Positions 47,290-60,854 are shown, counted from the first letter of the stretch. The stretch: 64,000 nucleotides of DNA from Scyliorhinus canicula (GCF_902713615.1 NC_052158.1:30483990-30547989); one strand, 5' to 3'. Notes: generated from the letters alone by a model not told the origin. Numbers and translations are program-made.

Positions 47290-48540
47290 TCCGTGGAGAA
47301 GGTGCTGGAGTAAGAGCCCTCTTGGTGCAGATGGAATCGGAATCAGTTAGGGAGATGAGCTTGGAGTATTGGTAATGGCGCCACTTCTGGTGTCACTGAT
47401 AAAATAATCTACAATCCAATGGTGGTGGTGGCCATGCTAAACATTTGGCGGCAGCCCCTTCTACATTTTGAAAAGGTGGCAGCCTTGCATCGGGTGCTCA
47501 GCTGTGCCAATCACCTATTCGAGACAGCAAGGCTGAATGCCACATTTAGTGCTCGTAGAGAGAGAGAACTGGAGAAGGTGCGAGATATGTTTTTGGAGGG
47601 GCGGTTCGCTAGCTTGGAGGAGTTAAAGGAGAAATATGGGCTTTCAGATGTAGACAGATTTAGATACCTTCAGGTATGGAGCTGGATTAAGTAGATTTTT
47701 CAGGACTTCACAGTGGTTCAGCCATCCACCTCGTTGGAGTGGAATTTATCCTGCGCAGGATTGGCGGAGGGTATGTACCAATGAATAGTGGGGGAGGAGT
47801 TGGGTTTGGTTGAGTGGGTGAAGGCCAAATAGTTGGAGGAGTTGGGGCTGATACTAGAGGAAGGGGTGTGGTGGGAGCTTTTGAGGGTGAATACAACATC
47901 GCCTTGTGCAAAGCTGAGCCTCAGATGGGATAGAAGGTAGGTGTGAGCATTGTTCAAGGGGATTCACACATCACACGCACATGTTCTCACCGTGCCCCAG
48001 CCTGGTGGAATTTTGGGGCCCTTTATTGACACCATGTCAGCGAACATGAATGTGGGGGTACAACCCTGCCCACTGGTGGTGATATTTGGGATCTCTGAAG
48101 TGGTGGAACTATGGAGAGGAGCAGGGGTGGATGTCCTGGCTTTCGCTTCATTGGTGTCACGGGGACATATCATACTGGGCTGGAAGATGGCGGCATCGCC
48201 GAAAGCTTTGGCATGGGGGTGATTTGATCGAGTTTGCTCACCTCGAGAAGGTCAAATATACCATGAGAGGGTCGATTGACGGGTTCCATCGAAGATGGCG
48301 ACTGTTTATAGTATACTTCAAAGAATTGGTCACTGCTAGAGTTTAAGATGGGGAAAGGGATTTGTTTGTTTACAGGAGGGGTAGTCTGGGTGGGGAGGGG
48401 TGGGGCGGGCAATAGGGGTAACGGTCTTTGTAAAAAGTTTTTGTTTATTGAATTTTGTTTAAAAAGTTTTGTTATGGTTCCCGTCTTTTATATTATTTTG
48501 TGTGGAAAATACCAAAATCTTTCATTACAATAATTTCCAA
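47290..48540 (+). mobile_element. Decayed L1 3' fragment
   Basis: EGRFASLEELKEKYGL..FRYLQV, LAFASLV, EKVKYTMRGS motifs shared with the other L1 copies. Confidence 0.82.
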
Positions 48541-48700
48541 AGAAAAACGAAGTTGCCAGACGAAGAACAGAAGCAGATCTTCAGGAGTTCAGAATGATTT
48601 TGGACTGATTCTGGGAGAATTGGGTGGGCAGTATAATATACTTCTGTCAATTTTATCTTTTTGGTTATGCTAAAAATAAGAAGGGATTATCATAAAATTT

Positions 48701-49030
48701 ACAGTGCTGAAGGAGACCATTCGGCTCATCAAGTCTGCACCGGCCCTTGGAAAGGGCACCCTTATTAAGCCCACAATTCCATCCTATCCCCATAACCCAG
48801 TAACCCCACCTGACATTTTTTGGACACTAAGGGCAATTTATCATGACCAGTCTGCCTAACCTGCACATCTTTGGACAGTGGGAAGAAACCTCAGCACCCG
48901 GAAGAAACCCACGCAGACACAGGGAGAACGTGCAGACTCTGCACAGACAGTGGCCCAAGCCGGGAATCAAACCTGTGACCCTGGAGCTGTGAAACAACAG
49001 GACTAACCATTGCGCTACCGTGCCACCCTC
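48701..49030 (-). mobile_element. HE1-type V-SINE
   Basis: Head, V-domain, tail. Confidence 0.88.
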
Positions 49031-49229
49031 CATTTAGTTGTGGTTTAAAATGTAAGTTGGCATTAAAGGTGGTGTTCGGTCAGGAGTGCTTTTTGACTTT
49101 TGTTACAATAAATGTCTTAAAACATCCTGTCATGTCATTCTCTGAGCTATTAACTGGAAGTGCAAATTTAATTTCTGTAAAAGTTTCAGGCTGTCAGGAG
49201 ATAGTAGCAATAAGCTTGAGGGGCTGAAT

Positions 49230-49558
49230 ACATAGAATTTACAGTGCAGAAAGAGGCCACTTGGCCCATCGAGTCTGCACCGGCTCCTGGAAAAAGCATC
49301 CTACCCAAGGTTAACACCTCCACCTATCCGCATAACCCAGTAACCCCTCCCAACACTAAGGGCAATTTAGCCTGGTCAATCCACCTAACCTGCACATCTT
49401 TGGACTGTGGGAGGAAACTGGAGCACCCGGAGGAAACCCACGCACACACGGGGAGGATGTGCAGACTCCGCACAGACAGTGACCCAAGCCAGGAATCGAA
49501 CCTGGGACCCTGGAGCTGTGAAGCGATTGTGCTATCCACAATGCTACCGTGCTGCCCC
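49230..49558 (-). mobile_element. HE1-type V-SINE
   Basis: Head, V-domain, tail. Confidence 0.9.
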
Positions 49559-49769
49559 ATATGGCCTCCTCATATTCCTATGACCCTCCGAGTAAACATG
49601 AATCTAGATAAGTGAGTGCCCAGTGGAAAACTATAGTTTCTAACCCACTGAGAATATTATTCATATGAAAATATGGAATTCTGTAATCGCACAGGCTTTA
49701 ATCCTGATGTGTGTAGTGAGATGCAGATGCCAGCAGATGGTGATAGAGAGAGAAGAGCGACTGAGGAGA

Positions 49770-49899
49770 ATGACTCACCTAATGAAAGAGTTATACTCCG
49801 AAACCTAGTGATTCCAAAGAAACCTGTTGGAATTTAACCTGGTGTTGTAAGGCTTCTTACTGTGCCCACTCCAGTCCAATGTTGGCATCTCCACATCAT
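49770..49899 (+). mobile_element. Single-arm Penelope pLTR fragment, divergent subfamily
   Basis: AACCTGTTGGAATTTAACCTGGTGTTGTAAG..CATCTCCACATCATG. Confidence 0.75.
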
Positions 49900-50719
49900 G
49901 AGGAGAATGAGACAGGTACACCAGCAGATGGGGATGGAGAGTGAGGGAGCGTGATCAAGGAGAGTGAGGTAGGGCCACCAGCAGAGGGTGACAGAGGAGT
50001 GGCTGCGTGCAGTAGATGGCACGAGCAGGTGGTGATAAAGGGAGAGGTATGATTGAGTGCAGTGAGACATGAGCATCATGACATAGAACGGGGGAGGGTG
50101 AATGAGTGCAGTGAGACAGTGATAACAGCAGATGGCGTGAGAGAGGTAGTTATCTGAGGTCAGTGGTGCAAGGACATGAGCAGAAGGTGATGGTGGGATG
50201 ACTGAGGGCAGTGAGACAGGGACACCAACAGATGGTGATAGAGAAAGGGGGTGACTGATGATAGCGAGACAGGGGCACCAGCCAATGATGATAGAGAGTG
50301 GGGTAACTGAGTGCAGTGGCACAGGATCATCAGCAGATGGTGATAGAGAGAGCAGAGATTTGACCTGCTTGTGGGTCAGGAGGTTTGCAACAAAAGTAAA
50401 TATCCAACTGTGAATATACAATGTTCAAAGCTATGTGTGTGAGGGAAAAGTGTGTGATGCTAAGGGAACATAACAATGGAATATGGCTGAAAGTGTGTAC
50501 GTGGATATGTGTGATGCAGGCAGTCATTGTCAGCTGTCCTTGATTTGAGGTCATCTACTAAGTCATGATTTTCAGTCGTCATGTGGCTGAACAGGTCAAT
50601 TCCCAAGTCGCAGATCTGTGGACACATAGGGACAGGAAGTCCCAGCGGGTAGTGGGATACCAAATATCGAACATGCTTCCTTTTCTTTTCTCTCCTGCTC
50701 CTCTATGTCTTGGTTAAGA

Positions 50720-51260
50720 CATTGGGGGAGGTGATAGCATAGTGGTATTGTCATTGTACAAGTAAATTGGAGACCCACAGTAATCCTCTGAGGACCAGGA
50801 CTCTTATCCCCCTCCGACAGATGGTGAAACTTGAATTTGAGACAAATCTAGGAAGCTAGGTCTCATGTTGACTGTGAAATCATTGCTGACTGTCGTAAAA
50901 ACCCATCTAGAAAATTTAGAACAGTACAGCACAGAACAGGCCATTCGGCCCTCGATGTTGTGCCGAGCAATGATCACCCTACTCAAACCCACGTATCCAC
51001 CCTATACCCGTAACCTAACAACCCCCCCCCCCCCCCCCCCCCCCCCCTTAACCTTACTTTTTGTAAGGTTGTACTGCTCTGTACAACCGGACTTTGGTCC
51101 TTACTTCTGGTCCACTAATATCTGTTTAGGGAAGGAAATCTGCCAACGTAATACTGTCTGACCTACATGTGACTCCAGACACTATACTGGTTGACTCTTA
51201 AGCATCCTGTGAAATTGTCCAACAAGTCACTCAGTTCAAGTGCAGTTAGGGATCCCATGA
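50720..51260 (+). mobile_element. Deu-domain SINE interrupted by an HE1 tail fragment (about 50915-51060)
   Basis: GGAAATCTGCC..TACATGTGACTCCAGAC..GGTTGACTCTTAA core. Confidence 0.65.
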
Positions 51261-51659
51261 ATGCACAGGGGTAAAAGGACCTCAAAGTATGATGGAATTT
51301 AACGGACAAGTTGCCTCCATTGGTATGAAGCTTCTTCCAATTATTAATTCAATGCTCCATGTTTTAAGCCTCAGAATACCTTTTATTTGTCCTCCCCCAG
51401 AAATTTAGTCATTTCGAAAATAGGATCTGGGGGAGGCGGGAGACAGTTTTTGGCAATTTGGGCAATGTCCAGGCTATTATAATTGATTTTTTGGGAATTC
51501 CATCTGGATGCTTATGGAACTGACATTGAGAAGGACACATGCTTTTGTGTGTTGCTGCATCCCCCACCCTCCATTGAATCCAGGGAGTGCAGCTGAGGTT
51601 TTGCTGCTGGGATTTCTCTTGCACTCTGATGCTTCTCGAAAAAGGCTCTGATTACAGCA

Positions 51660-51911
51660 CGGGAGGCGGTGGCCTAGCGTATTGTCACTGGACCAATAAA
51701 CCAGAGACCCAGGTTCAATCCCACCACGACAGATGGCGAAATTTAAATTCAAGAAAAATCTGGAATTAGAAGTCAAATGAAACCATTATGGATTGTGGTA
51801 AATCTGTCAACCTTACCTGGCCTGGCCTACATGAGACTCCAGATACACAGAAATTTGGTTGACACTTAACTGCCTCCTCAAGTGCATTTAGGGATGGGCT
51901 ATAGATGCTTG
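51660..51911 (+). mobile_element. Deu-domain SINE (SacSINE1-like)
   Basis: tRNA-like head, CCTTACCTGGCCTGGCCTACATGAGACTCCAGA..GGTTGACACTTAACTGCC Deu core, TTAGGGATGGGC tail. Confidence 0.7.
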
Positions 51912-52415
51912 CACAGCCTGTGACCCATCCCCGTGAATAAATGTGGTGGCGACAACTGCGCTGTACAACCGGACTTTGGTTGACTTGCGGAGTTTTTGTT
52001 TTCAAACACTCGCGACTGTAGTCTGTCAACGATTAATCGGGCACAGGTGATCCAGTATTAGATCTTCCTCACCAATGGCAAGGCTTTTAGAGAGGGGCAG
52101 CTGCCAAGGTATGGGAAATGCTCAATTTATTCCAGAATCTGTCCTTTAACATAAAAAGGTGGAACACTTGGTGTGGTTAGATAGATGTGTTTTGTTTTGG
52201 CACCATTCATGTATGTGGAACTGAGGAGATTGAGAGAGGCTTGAAAGTCTTGCGCAGGATGAGCACAGCAGTCATGCACAGACTGTGGGCAATGCATGCC
52301 TGCGGTGCTCAGTTTAGTTTTGACGCAAGGTAACTGGGTGGCCCTGATGGCTTCATACATCTCTTTGGGACTTAAAAACTGTCCGGTTTCAATATCAATC
52401 ACATTGCACAGGTAA

Positions 52416-52815
52416 TGTCAGGGGCAGCACGGTAATCAGGGGCAGCACAGGTAATCAGGGGCAGCAAAGTAGCATGGTGGTTAGCATAAATGCTTCACAG
52501 CTCCAGGGTCTCAGGTTCGGTTCCCGGCTGGGTCACTGTCTGTGCGGAGTCTGCACGTCCTCCCCGTGTGTGCGTGGGTTTCCTCCGGGTGCTCCGGTTT
52601 CCTCCCACAGTCCAAAGATGTGCGGGTTAGGTGGATTGGCCATGCTAAATTGCCCGTAGTGTCCTTAAAAGTAAGGTTAAGGGGGGGGGGGGGTTGTTGG
52701 GTTACGGGTATAGGGTGGATACGTGGGTTTGAGTAGGGTGATCATTGCTCGGCACAACATCGAGGGCCGAAGGGCCTGTTCTGTGCTGTACTGTTCTATG
52801 TTCTACGTTCTATGT
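52416..52815 (+). mobile_element. HE1-type V-SINE with a triplicated 5' head
   Basis: TCAGGGGCAGCA three times before the normal body. Confidence 0.9.
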
Positions 52816-52930
52816 AATGTACATTGCCGAACACAGTGAGGGACTGCTGTACCTGGAAACCAGATGTGGTGTGTCCATCTCTCACGTGTGCTGGGACTGT
52901 GAAGCAGTGCCCGGTGTACTTAAAATCTTG

Positions 52931-53234
52931 AAGTGGAGATGCCGGCGTTGGAATGGGGTGACACAGTAAGGAGTCTTACAACACCAGGTTAAAGTCCAAC
53001 AGGTTTGTTTCAAACACTAGCTTTCAGAGCACTGCTCTGAAATTCACCTGAGGAAGGAGCAGTGCTCCGAAAGCTAGTGTTTTCCCGTACCAGCCTCCCC
53101 GGACAGGCGCCGGAATGTGGCGACTAGGGGCTTTTCACAGTAACTTCAGTGAAGCCTACTCGTGACAATAAGCGATTTTAATTTTCATTTCATTTCACCT
53201 GTTGGACTTTAACCTGGTGTTGTAAGACTTCTTG
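52931..53234 (-). mobile_element. Penelope-derived fold-back mini-element with a SINE fragment inserted in one arm
   Basis: Same arms in mirror orientation; 12-bp TSD CTTAAAATCTTG at 52919-52930 and 53235-53246. Confidence 0.85.
53045..53079 (+). ncRNA. Minimal type I hammerhead ribozyme motif in a Penelope pLTR
   Basis: CAC-CUGAGGA-A-GGAGC-AGU-GCUCC-GAAAG-CUA-GUG: conserved core, 5-bp stem II, 3-bp stem I, palindromic AGCU in place of stem III. Confidence 0.65.
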
Positions 53235-53429
53235 CTTAAAATCTTGTACACCCCTCCCCTCACCAACCACCCAACCCTCCCACCCCCTCCTGCTGCTCCC
53301 AACTGTGGAACTGAATCTCCACTGTGTGGGGGGGGAGGGGGGGGAGTGAAGAGACTCCACATTTTATCTCTCTTCACTCTCTTCATACATAACTCATTCT
53401 CTCATCCTGCTTTCTTTTCTACTTCCTTG

Positions 53430-54955
53430 ATTTTTTTCATTTCTCATATTGATTTTTCTGTATTTTATTAAAGATATTTCATTCCAAACATATACAATCT
53501 CAACAAAATACATAGTCCATCAAAGCATTTAACAGATTGTACAGCTGTTCCCCTTTTAATCGCCCCTCCCCCACAATGAACAGCTCATCAAATAAAGTTA
53601 TGAATGGCTCCACCACAACTCAAAGGCCTCTCCTGGCCCCTCCTGCACCCTCAGAGCGAACTTAATCTCCAGTGGCACACTGGGCTAAATAGCTGACTTT
53701 TAAAGCAGACCAAGGCAGGTCAGCAGCACGGTTCAATTCCCGTACCAGCCTCCCCTAACAGGCGCTGGAATGTGGTGACTAGGGGCTTTTCACAGTAACT
53801 TCATTGAAGCCTACTTGTGGCAATATGCGATTTTCATTTTTCATTTTCATTTTCAAATCGCACAAGTCCTCCAGCCAGGCCTCCACCCCAGGCGGCAAAT
53901 CCCACCTCCAATTCAACAGGACCCTTCACCTGGCAATCTCAGATACGAAGCCCATGACATCGGCCCCCTTCCCCTCCAACAGCTCCGGCTCCTCCAAAAT
54001 CCCAAAGATTACCACCATACGGTGAAGCCTGACCTCAGCCCCCACAATCCTGGATAACATCCCAAACACCGCCTCCCAAAAGCTCTCCAGCTTCTCATGC
54101 TCCAAAACATCTGAGCATGATTTGCCGGCCCCCTCCCACACTTTTCACATCCATCGGCCACCCCATGAAAGAACACACTCGTCCTTGCCCGAGTCATGTG
54201 TATCCTGCGCACCACCTTGAACTGTATCAAGCTCTCCTCACAAGGAGGAGGCTGAGTTCACCAGCATATTGCCTCTCAACATAGCTCCCAACCTATTTCC
54301 ATCCCAACTCCTCCTCCCACTTATGCTTTATCCTCACCACCTGTGCCTTGCCCTGCTCCCCCAAGCACTCGTGTATGTTCCCAATCCTACCCTCCCCCAA
54401 GTCATCAGGGAGCAGCAGTCGCTCGAATACCGTACTTCGGTAGCTCGGGGAACATCTGCCACTCCTTTTGCATGAAGTCCCGCACTTACACATACCTAAA
54501 CCCGCTACCCATCAACAGCTCAAACCTCTCCCGCAGCTTGTCCAGCCCCACAAACCTCCCCTCCGATCCCTAATCTGCCCCAGCCCTACCTCACTCCACT
54601 TTCCATACATCCCATCCACCCATTGCCCCCTCCATGCTTAAACCTGTGATTCCCACACAATGGCATCAACACCGACATCTAATCCAGCGTAAAATGCGTC
54701 CTTAACTGGTTCCATATCCTGATAATCAATTGCACCACCAGATTCCCTGTATACGTCCCCGAGGCTAACGGCAATGGGGCCTTCACCAGCGCCCTCAGAC
54801 TGGAACCCTCGCAAAACTCCCCTCCAACATAATACGTTGCTCCTAACCCCCACCCACTCCACCAAGGCCTTACCTTCTCCACATTTGCAGCCCAGTAATA
54901 ATAGATCAGGTTTGGGAGCGTCAACCACATTTCTGCCCCTGCCATTGTCGCAGAG
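53430..54955 (-). mobile_element. Decayed L1 3' fragment containing a SINE insertion (53668-53853)
   Basis: LPNLIYYYWAAN, IQFKVVRRIHMTRAR, CEKCG..HAQMFW on the minus strand. Confidence 0.85.
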
Positions 54956-55415
54956 CCCTCATCACCATTGGTACGTTCCCCGCCTATATGATCTTCAAAA
55001 TCAGTGCTTCCACACTGTGAAGAAGGCCTTTGGGAGAAAGATCAGGATGGTCTGAAAGGCAAACAGGAACCTTGGCAGCACATTCATTTTTACCATTTAC
55101 ACCCTCCCGGACAACGTCAAGTGCAAATTATGCCACCTTTTGTAGTCCCTCTTTACCTCCTTGATGTTTCTCTTTTGGCAACCTCTTCAGTTGGGATATT
55201 TCTGACATTCTCACTCTAGGGTTTCTCTCTCTCCTTCTCTCGCTCTCTCTCTCTCTGTTTTTTGCTTCCATTATCTCACTTACTTGCCCTGCCTCCCTGT
55301 TTCCCCCTCTCTCTCTCTTTTTCCCCCCATCGCCAGCCTTTTGAGCACCAACATCACTCGTCCCCTCGCCACCTCCGTTATCTCTCTGCTTTTTAAAAAA
55401 CTTTTATCTCATATC

Positions 55416-58400
55416 TGTGCTTAGACTTAGGCCAGGCCTTTGAGATTGGTCAATTAGAATACAAGACCCCTGATTAGTGGCCCAATCAGGGAAGCCCTTT
55501 CTGTGTATATAACAGGGAGTGTCAGATCCTTTGTACTCCCAGTGTAGGCAGCAGACTGAATGGTCATGGTTGTTCAGCTGTTGGGTTTGTAAATAAAAGG
55601 AATTCTGGTGACGGGACTTCTGCCTCCGTGGATTTATTACAGCGGCGATGAGAAAAACAGAACGACCCGAAGAAACCTGCTTGTCAGCAGCTGCTGCATA
55701 TTGAGGGTAAGCCACTGACAGGCAAAATGCCTTTATTCGGAAAGTTGGCCTCTTTTGACCCTGCAGTGGAAGACTGGATATGTAGAGCGGATGAAGTATT
55801 TATTTGGAGCAAATGATACAATTCCGGATGAAAAGCAATGGGTCATTGTGCTGACCGTGTGTGGGCCGGCACCCTTTGCCATTGTGCGCAGTCTCACTTT
55901 TACGGAGGCACCGGACACGAAAACTTTCCAGGAATTGATGGACTGAGTAAAAGAGTACTATGACCCTCAGCCACCTCTGATCCTGCGAAGGTACCGGTTT
56001 TACTCAGCATTCCGAGACACCGGGGAGTCAGTTACAAACTTTTTAACATGATTAAGGCAATTAGCTTGCAAATTTGGCCTGACGCTAAATGAGATGCTCT
56101 GAGACCGTTTGGTATGTGGAATAAACAATTTAGCAATCCAGAAACGTCTGTTAGCAGAGGCCGAGCTGGATGGCAAACACGCTTTGCAGCTGGCTTTGTC
56201 CTTAGAAAAAGGGGCAAGAGGAGCGCATGAGGGTACTCTGATGGAGGGAGACGCCCATACCAGTGAAACTGATTTAAGGGACTACCACTGGAGGATAGGC
56301 AACTGCATAGACACCCTCAGGAACAACTCAGATTCTACATTAACCAGGCCCACTCGCAGAAGCCCTCCCAAGCAAGGAACAATTAGGTCCCAACAGGCAG
56401 CAGCCTTTCGTCCGGCAAAATATTGTAGTTGTTGCCAGAGATCGGAGCCAGAAAGGAGAAATAGAAGCCCAAAACCATCATCTTGGAGACGGTCACGTAG
56501 GCCGGGGTACAGGAGAATGCATACCCTAGAAGCCCCACCTACCTCCGACGAGGAACAACTAAATTGTGTAACACTGGTGAAATCAAACCCCATTAAATTA
56601 TCCATAAGGTTGAATGGATGTCTCATACTGATGGAAGTCGACAGCCGTATCAGTGATAGGGGAAACGGTATTCAATAAAATTCGTACTGGACTCCAACCC
56701 TTATTCCTAACCAGGATCTCTGCAAAACTGAGGACATACACAGGGGAACCTCTGAGAGTGCTGGGCACATCTCATGTAGCTGTGGCTTATGGAGAGCAAC
56801 TGGTTAGGCTGCCTTTAATGGTAGTGAAAGGTATGAGCCAAGCTTATCGGGACGAAACTGGCTAAAAAAGATCCAGCTGTATTGGGTAAACATTTTCCAG
56901 CTAGAAAATAGTTGCCTGAGTGAACTCCTATGCAAATACCCGTAGGCTTTCCAAGAAGGGCTCGGAACAGTAAAGGGAGCAAAGATGACATTGCATGTAG
57001 ATTCAGAGGCAGTCCCAAAATTCTACAAGGCCTGACCAGTACCCTTCTCATTAAGGCAGAAAGTCAATATGAAATAAAATGATTAGAGCATGAGGGAATA
57101 ATAAAAACGGTCCAGTTTGCAGAGTGGGCGGCACCCGTGGTGCCTTATCTGAAGCCGGACAGCTAGGTCCGCCTTTGTGGAGATTTCAAACAAACGATTA
57201 ATTGCTACTCCCAACTGGAGAAATACCCAATTCCCCGAGTTGAGGATTTGTTTGCAAAGCTGGCTGGAGGACTCCTATTCTCAAAGCTGGATATGAGCCA
57301 CGCATATCTACAGCTGAATCTGGACAAAGAGTCCCAAACATTCTCAAAGATTATCACCCTGAGAGGCCTTTTTCAGTATACAAGATTATCGTCAGCTTGT
57401 ACATTATTTCAGAAGACAATGGAGAATATATTGCAAGGGCTACCACAAGTCACCATTTACCTGGATGACGTCCTCATTCCAGGAAAAACAAAGGTCGAAC
57501 ACCTGCAAAACCTGGAGGAAGTCCTTAGGAGATTTTCAGAGCAGGCGTGCGCCTAAAGAGGGAGAAATGTGTTTTTCTAGCACCTCCAGTAACCTAATCT
57601 GGGGTACAAGGTTGACAAAATCAGGGCTACAGCCTTTGGAGGATCAGATGAGGGTGATTAAGAATGCCTGGCCCCCACCACAATCCAGGCGTTAAGGACT
57701 TTTTAGGACTGGTGACATATTATGGAAAATTCATACAGAACAGAGCTTCCATCTTGGACCCCCCTACACCAATTACTAAAAAAAGGGCAAGCCTGGGTGG
57801 GAGTGGTCCTCTCGCCAAGACAGGGCTTTCAAGAAGATAAAAGAACAGCTTTCCTCAGAACATTTTGGCACACTAGGACCCCAGGAAAGAGTTGGTGTTC
57901 ACGTGCGATGCGTCTCCATGTGGCATTGGTGCAGCTTGGCACACAGAGGACAAAACGGACAGGAACGACCTATAGCGTTTGCTTCCAGGGCGCTGGAATG
58001 AAAGTACATACAAATCGAAAAGGAAGGACTGGCTGTGATCTTCGCGGTGAAGAAATTTCACCAATACGTATACGGACGGAAATTCACTATAATTACACAC
58101 CACAAGCCATTGCTGGGTTTGTTGAAAGAAGACGAAGCAATACCACCAATAGCTTTGGCCTGGATCCAACACTGGGCCCCACTACTGGCGGCGTCCCAGT
58201 ATCAATTGGAGCATCGGCCAGGAACCCGGGTGGCACTAGGCAGGCTGCTATTACCGGATGCCCCACCATTAGTACCCAAAATAGAGGAAACATTTCCTGG
58301 ATACCCTTCTAGTGGGCGCAAAAAACATTAATTTATGTATCCAAAGGGACCCGTTTTTAACAAAAATAAAACCCATGGTGCTAACTGGGGAGATGGAAAG

Positions 58401-59917
58401 ACCAGTCCAGGTGGCATTCCACCCTTACTGGAGCAGAAAGGCATATCACTGTGGAAGATGGGATCCTGCTTTGAGGGGCTTTAGTAATAGTTCCAAATCA
58501 AGGCAGTCGAGCCGTACTGGCTGAACTACATCATGGGCACCCTGGAGTCTGAAAAATGAAGATGCTGGCCAGAGGCGATGTCTGGTGGCCAGGCCTGGAC
58601 ACCGACATAGCGGCATTGGTAGGCCAGGACTGCCAAAAAGGGCAGAAGGTGCCACCGGCAGCCCCGTTGCACTCATGGAAATGGACGGGTAGACCATGGT
58701 CGTGACTTCATGACGATTTTGCAGGCCCGTTTATGGGTTCAATGTTTTTATAATAGTAGACGCCCATTCCAAATGGCTGGACATCTACAAAATGAACTCT
58801 GCAAATTCAACAACTACCATTGGAAAAACTCTGCACCTCGTTCACAACTCATGGTATCCCGGAGGTGTTAGTTTCGGATAATGGATCGGTTTTCACCAGC
58901 CAGGACTTTAGAAACTTTATGAAGTCGAATGGCATTCGGCACATAAGGACGGCACCACACCACCCGGCATTGAATAGTTTGTCGGAGAGTGCCGTCCAGA
59001 CCTTTAAAAGTCGGGTTGAAGAAATAATCAGCAGGATCATAGGACACCAAACTGTCGCGCTGGCTATTTGACTACTGAACAAGCCCACATGCCACAACGG
59101 GAATAGCACCAGCGGCGCTACGCATGGGCAGGCGACTCCGAACCCGACTATTCCCGGATTTAGGTGAAGAATAGAGCGACACCAAGAGGCCCAATGCAGG
59201 GGCCACAACAACACTCACCAAGGAAGACAGTTCAACATGGGTGAAAATGTATGGGTCAGAAATTATGCAAATGACCCGACATGGGTAGCAGGAACATTCA
59301 AGGCAAGGACAGGACCTGTGTCGTCTGAGATACGTGTGGGAAAACAAGTAATAAAGAAACACCTGGACCAGGTGCGGGCCTCAGAATTGTTTCCTCCTCT
59401 GGAGCTGACTCAGACCAGCATTCCAAGGACTGTGGAGAGTCCTCCCTGACAAACTCTTCACGCCCCTCCAACATCAGACTCAAATATGAACACCGTGGAT
59501 GGTGCCGCAGCTGTACACTTGCCGCCAGAGGAAAGGGACAAACCGCCCCTCAGACGCTCACATTGGAAACGACGGGAGCCTAGCAGTCCCCCCCCCATTG
59601 GAGGCCGAAGGGGAGGAGCCGGACCCGGCGCAAAAAGCAAAGCCAGGAGACCCACGGGGACCATGGGGGCTCCTCGGACTTTGGGGGGGGAGGGGTGTAA
59701 TGGCTTCGGCAAGGCCTTTGAGATTGGTCAATTAGAATACGAGATCCCTAATTAGTGGCCCAATCAGGAAACCCCTTTCTGTGTATATAACAGGGTGACA
59801 GATCATCTGCACTCCCGGCGTAGACAGCAGGCTGAATGGTCATGGTTGTTCAGCTTTTGGGTTTGTAAATAAAAGGCATTCTGGTGACGGGACGTTTGCC
59901 TCCGTGGACTTATTACA
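55416..59917 (+). mobile_element. Decayed Gypsy (Ty3) LTR retrotransposon, gag-pol with both LTRs
   Basis: LTRs about 55416-55641 and 59696-59917 (3' LTR TGTAA..TTACA); PBS-like GCGGCGATGAG; PPT GGGGGGGGAGGGG; protease MEVDS, RT FSKLDMSHAY and YLDD, RNase H KFHQYVYGRKF..HKPL, integrase region; many stops. Confidence 0.93.
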
Positions 59918-59968
59918 CTTTTACTCCTGTTTTCTCTCTCTAACTTTCCCTGGCTACAGGTTTAAGTA

Positions 59969-60310
59969 AGCGGCACGGTATCACAGTTGTTAGCACTGCT
60001 GCCTCACTTCCAGGGACTCTGGTTCGATTCCGGCCTCGGATGTCTGTCTATGTGTAGGTTGCATGTTCTCCCTGTGTCTGCATTGGTTTCCTCCCGGGTG
60101 CTCCTGTTTCCTCCCACAGTACAAAGATGTGCAGGTTAGGTGGATTGGCCATGATAAAATTGCTCCTGAGTACCCAGAAATGTGCAGGTTAGTTGGGGTT
60201 ACGGAAATAGGGTTGGGGGAGTGGGCCGAGGTACGATGTTCTTTCAGAGGGTCAATGCAAATTTGATGGGCTGAAAGGCCTTCTTCTGCACTGTAGAAAT
60301 TCTATGGTTC
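59969..60310 (+). mobile_element. HE1-type V-SINE
   Basis: Head, V-domain, tail. Confidence 0.85.
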
Positions 60311-60854
60311 TCAGCCTTGCTACAGTTGTATTGGGTTTTGGTGAGATCACACCTAGAATACCATGTGCAGATTTAGTCTCTGCATCTGAGGAGATATTTA
60401 CATTGGAGGTTTCACAATGTTTTCCCAGTAATGAGAGAGTTGTCCTATGAACAGTGGTTGAATAAATTGGACCTCTTGTTTTCTGGAGTTCAGAGGAATC
60501 AGAGGTGATCTCATTGAAAAATACAAGATCCTAATATGATGCATACTGAGTCCTTATTTTATTCCTGAGTGTGGAATCTGTGACACTCCAGAGAAGGGGA
60601 ACGATCATTAAGGACTGAGCTGAGGTGATTTATTTATTTATTTATTGAATGTGCTTGTTGCTGGCTGCGCCACAATTCCTGATTGATATGAATGGCTTGC
60701 TGGGGCATTTCAGAGGGCATAAGGAGTTATGGGGAGAAGGCTGGAGAATGGGCTTGAGAAAAATAGCAGCCATGATTAAATGGCAGAGCAGACTCGATGG
60801 GCCAAGTGGCCTTATTCTGCTTCTATGTCTTATGGTCTTATTTAGGACTTCTGT

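Noticed and set aside
44988-47290. Possible solo LTRs (44988-45258, 46424-47290; also about 19285-19800)
   Set aside because: TG starts and AATAAA signals are suggestive, but I could not find matching TSDs or a second copy, so I do not call them.
52127-52402. ORF starting IDIETGQFLSPKEMYEA, faintly like a plakin repeat
   Set aside because: Single short resemblance, no exon boundaries, no further repeats.
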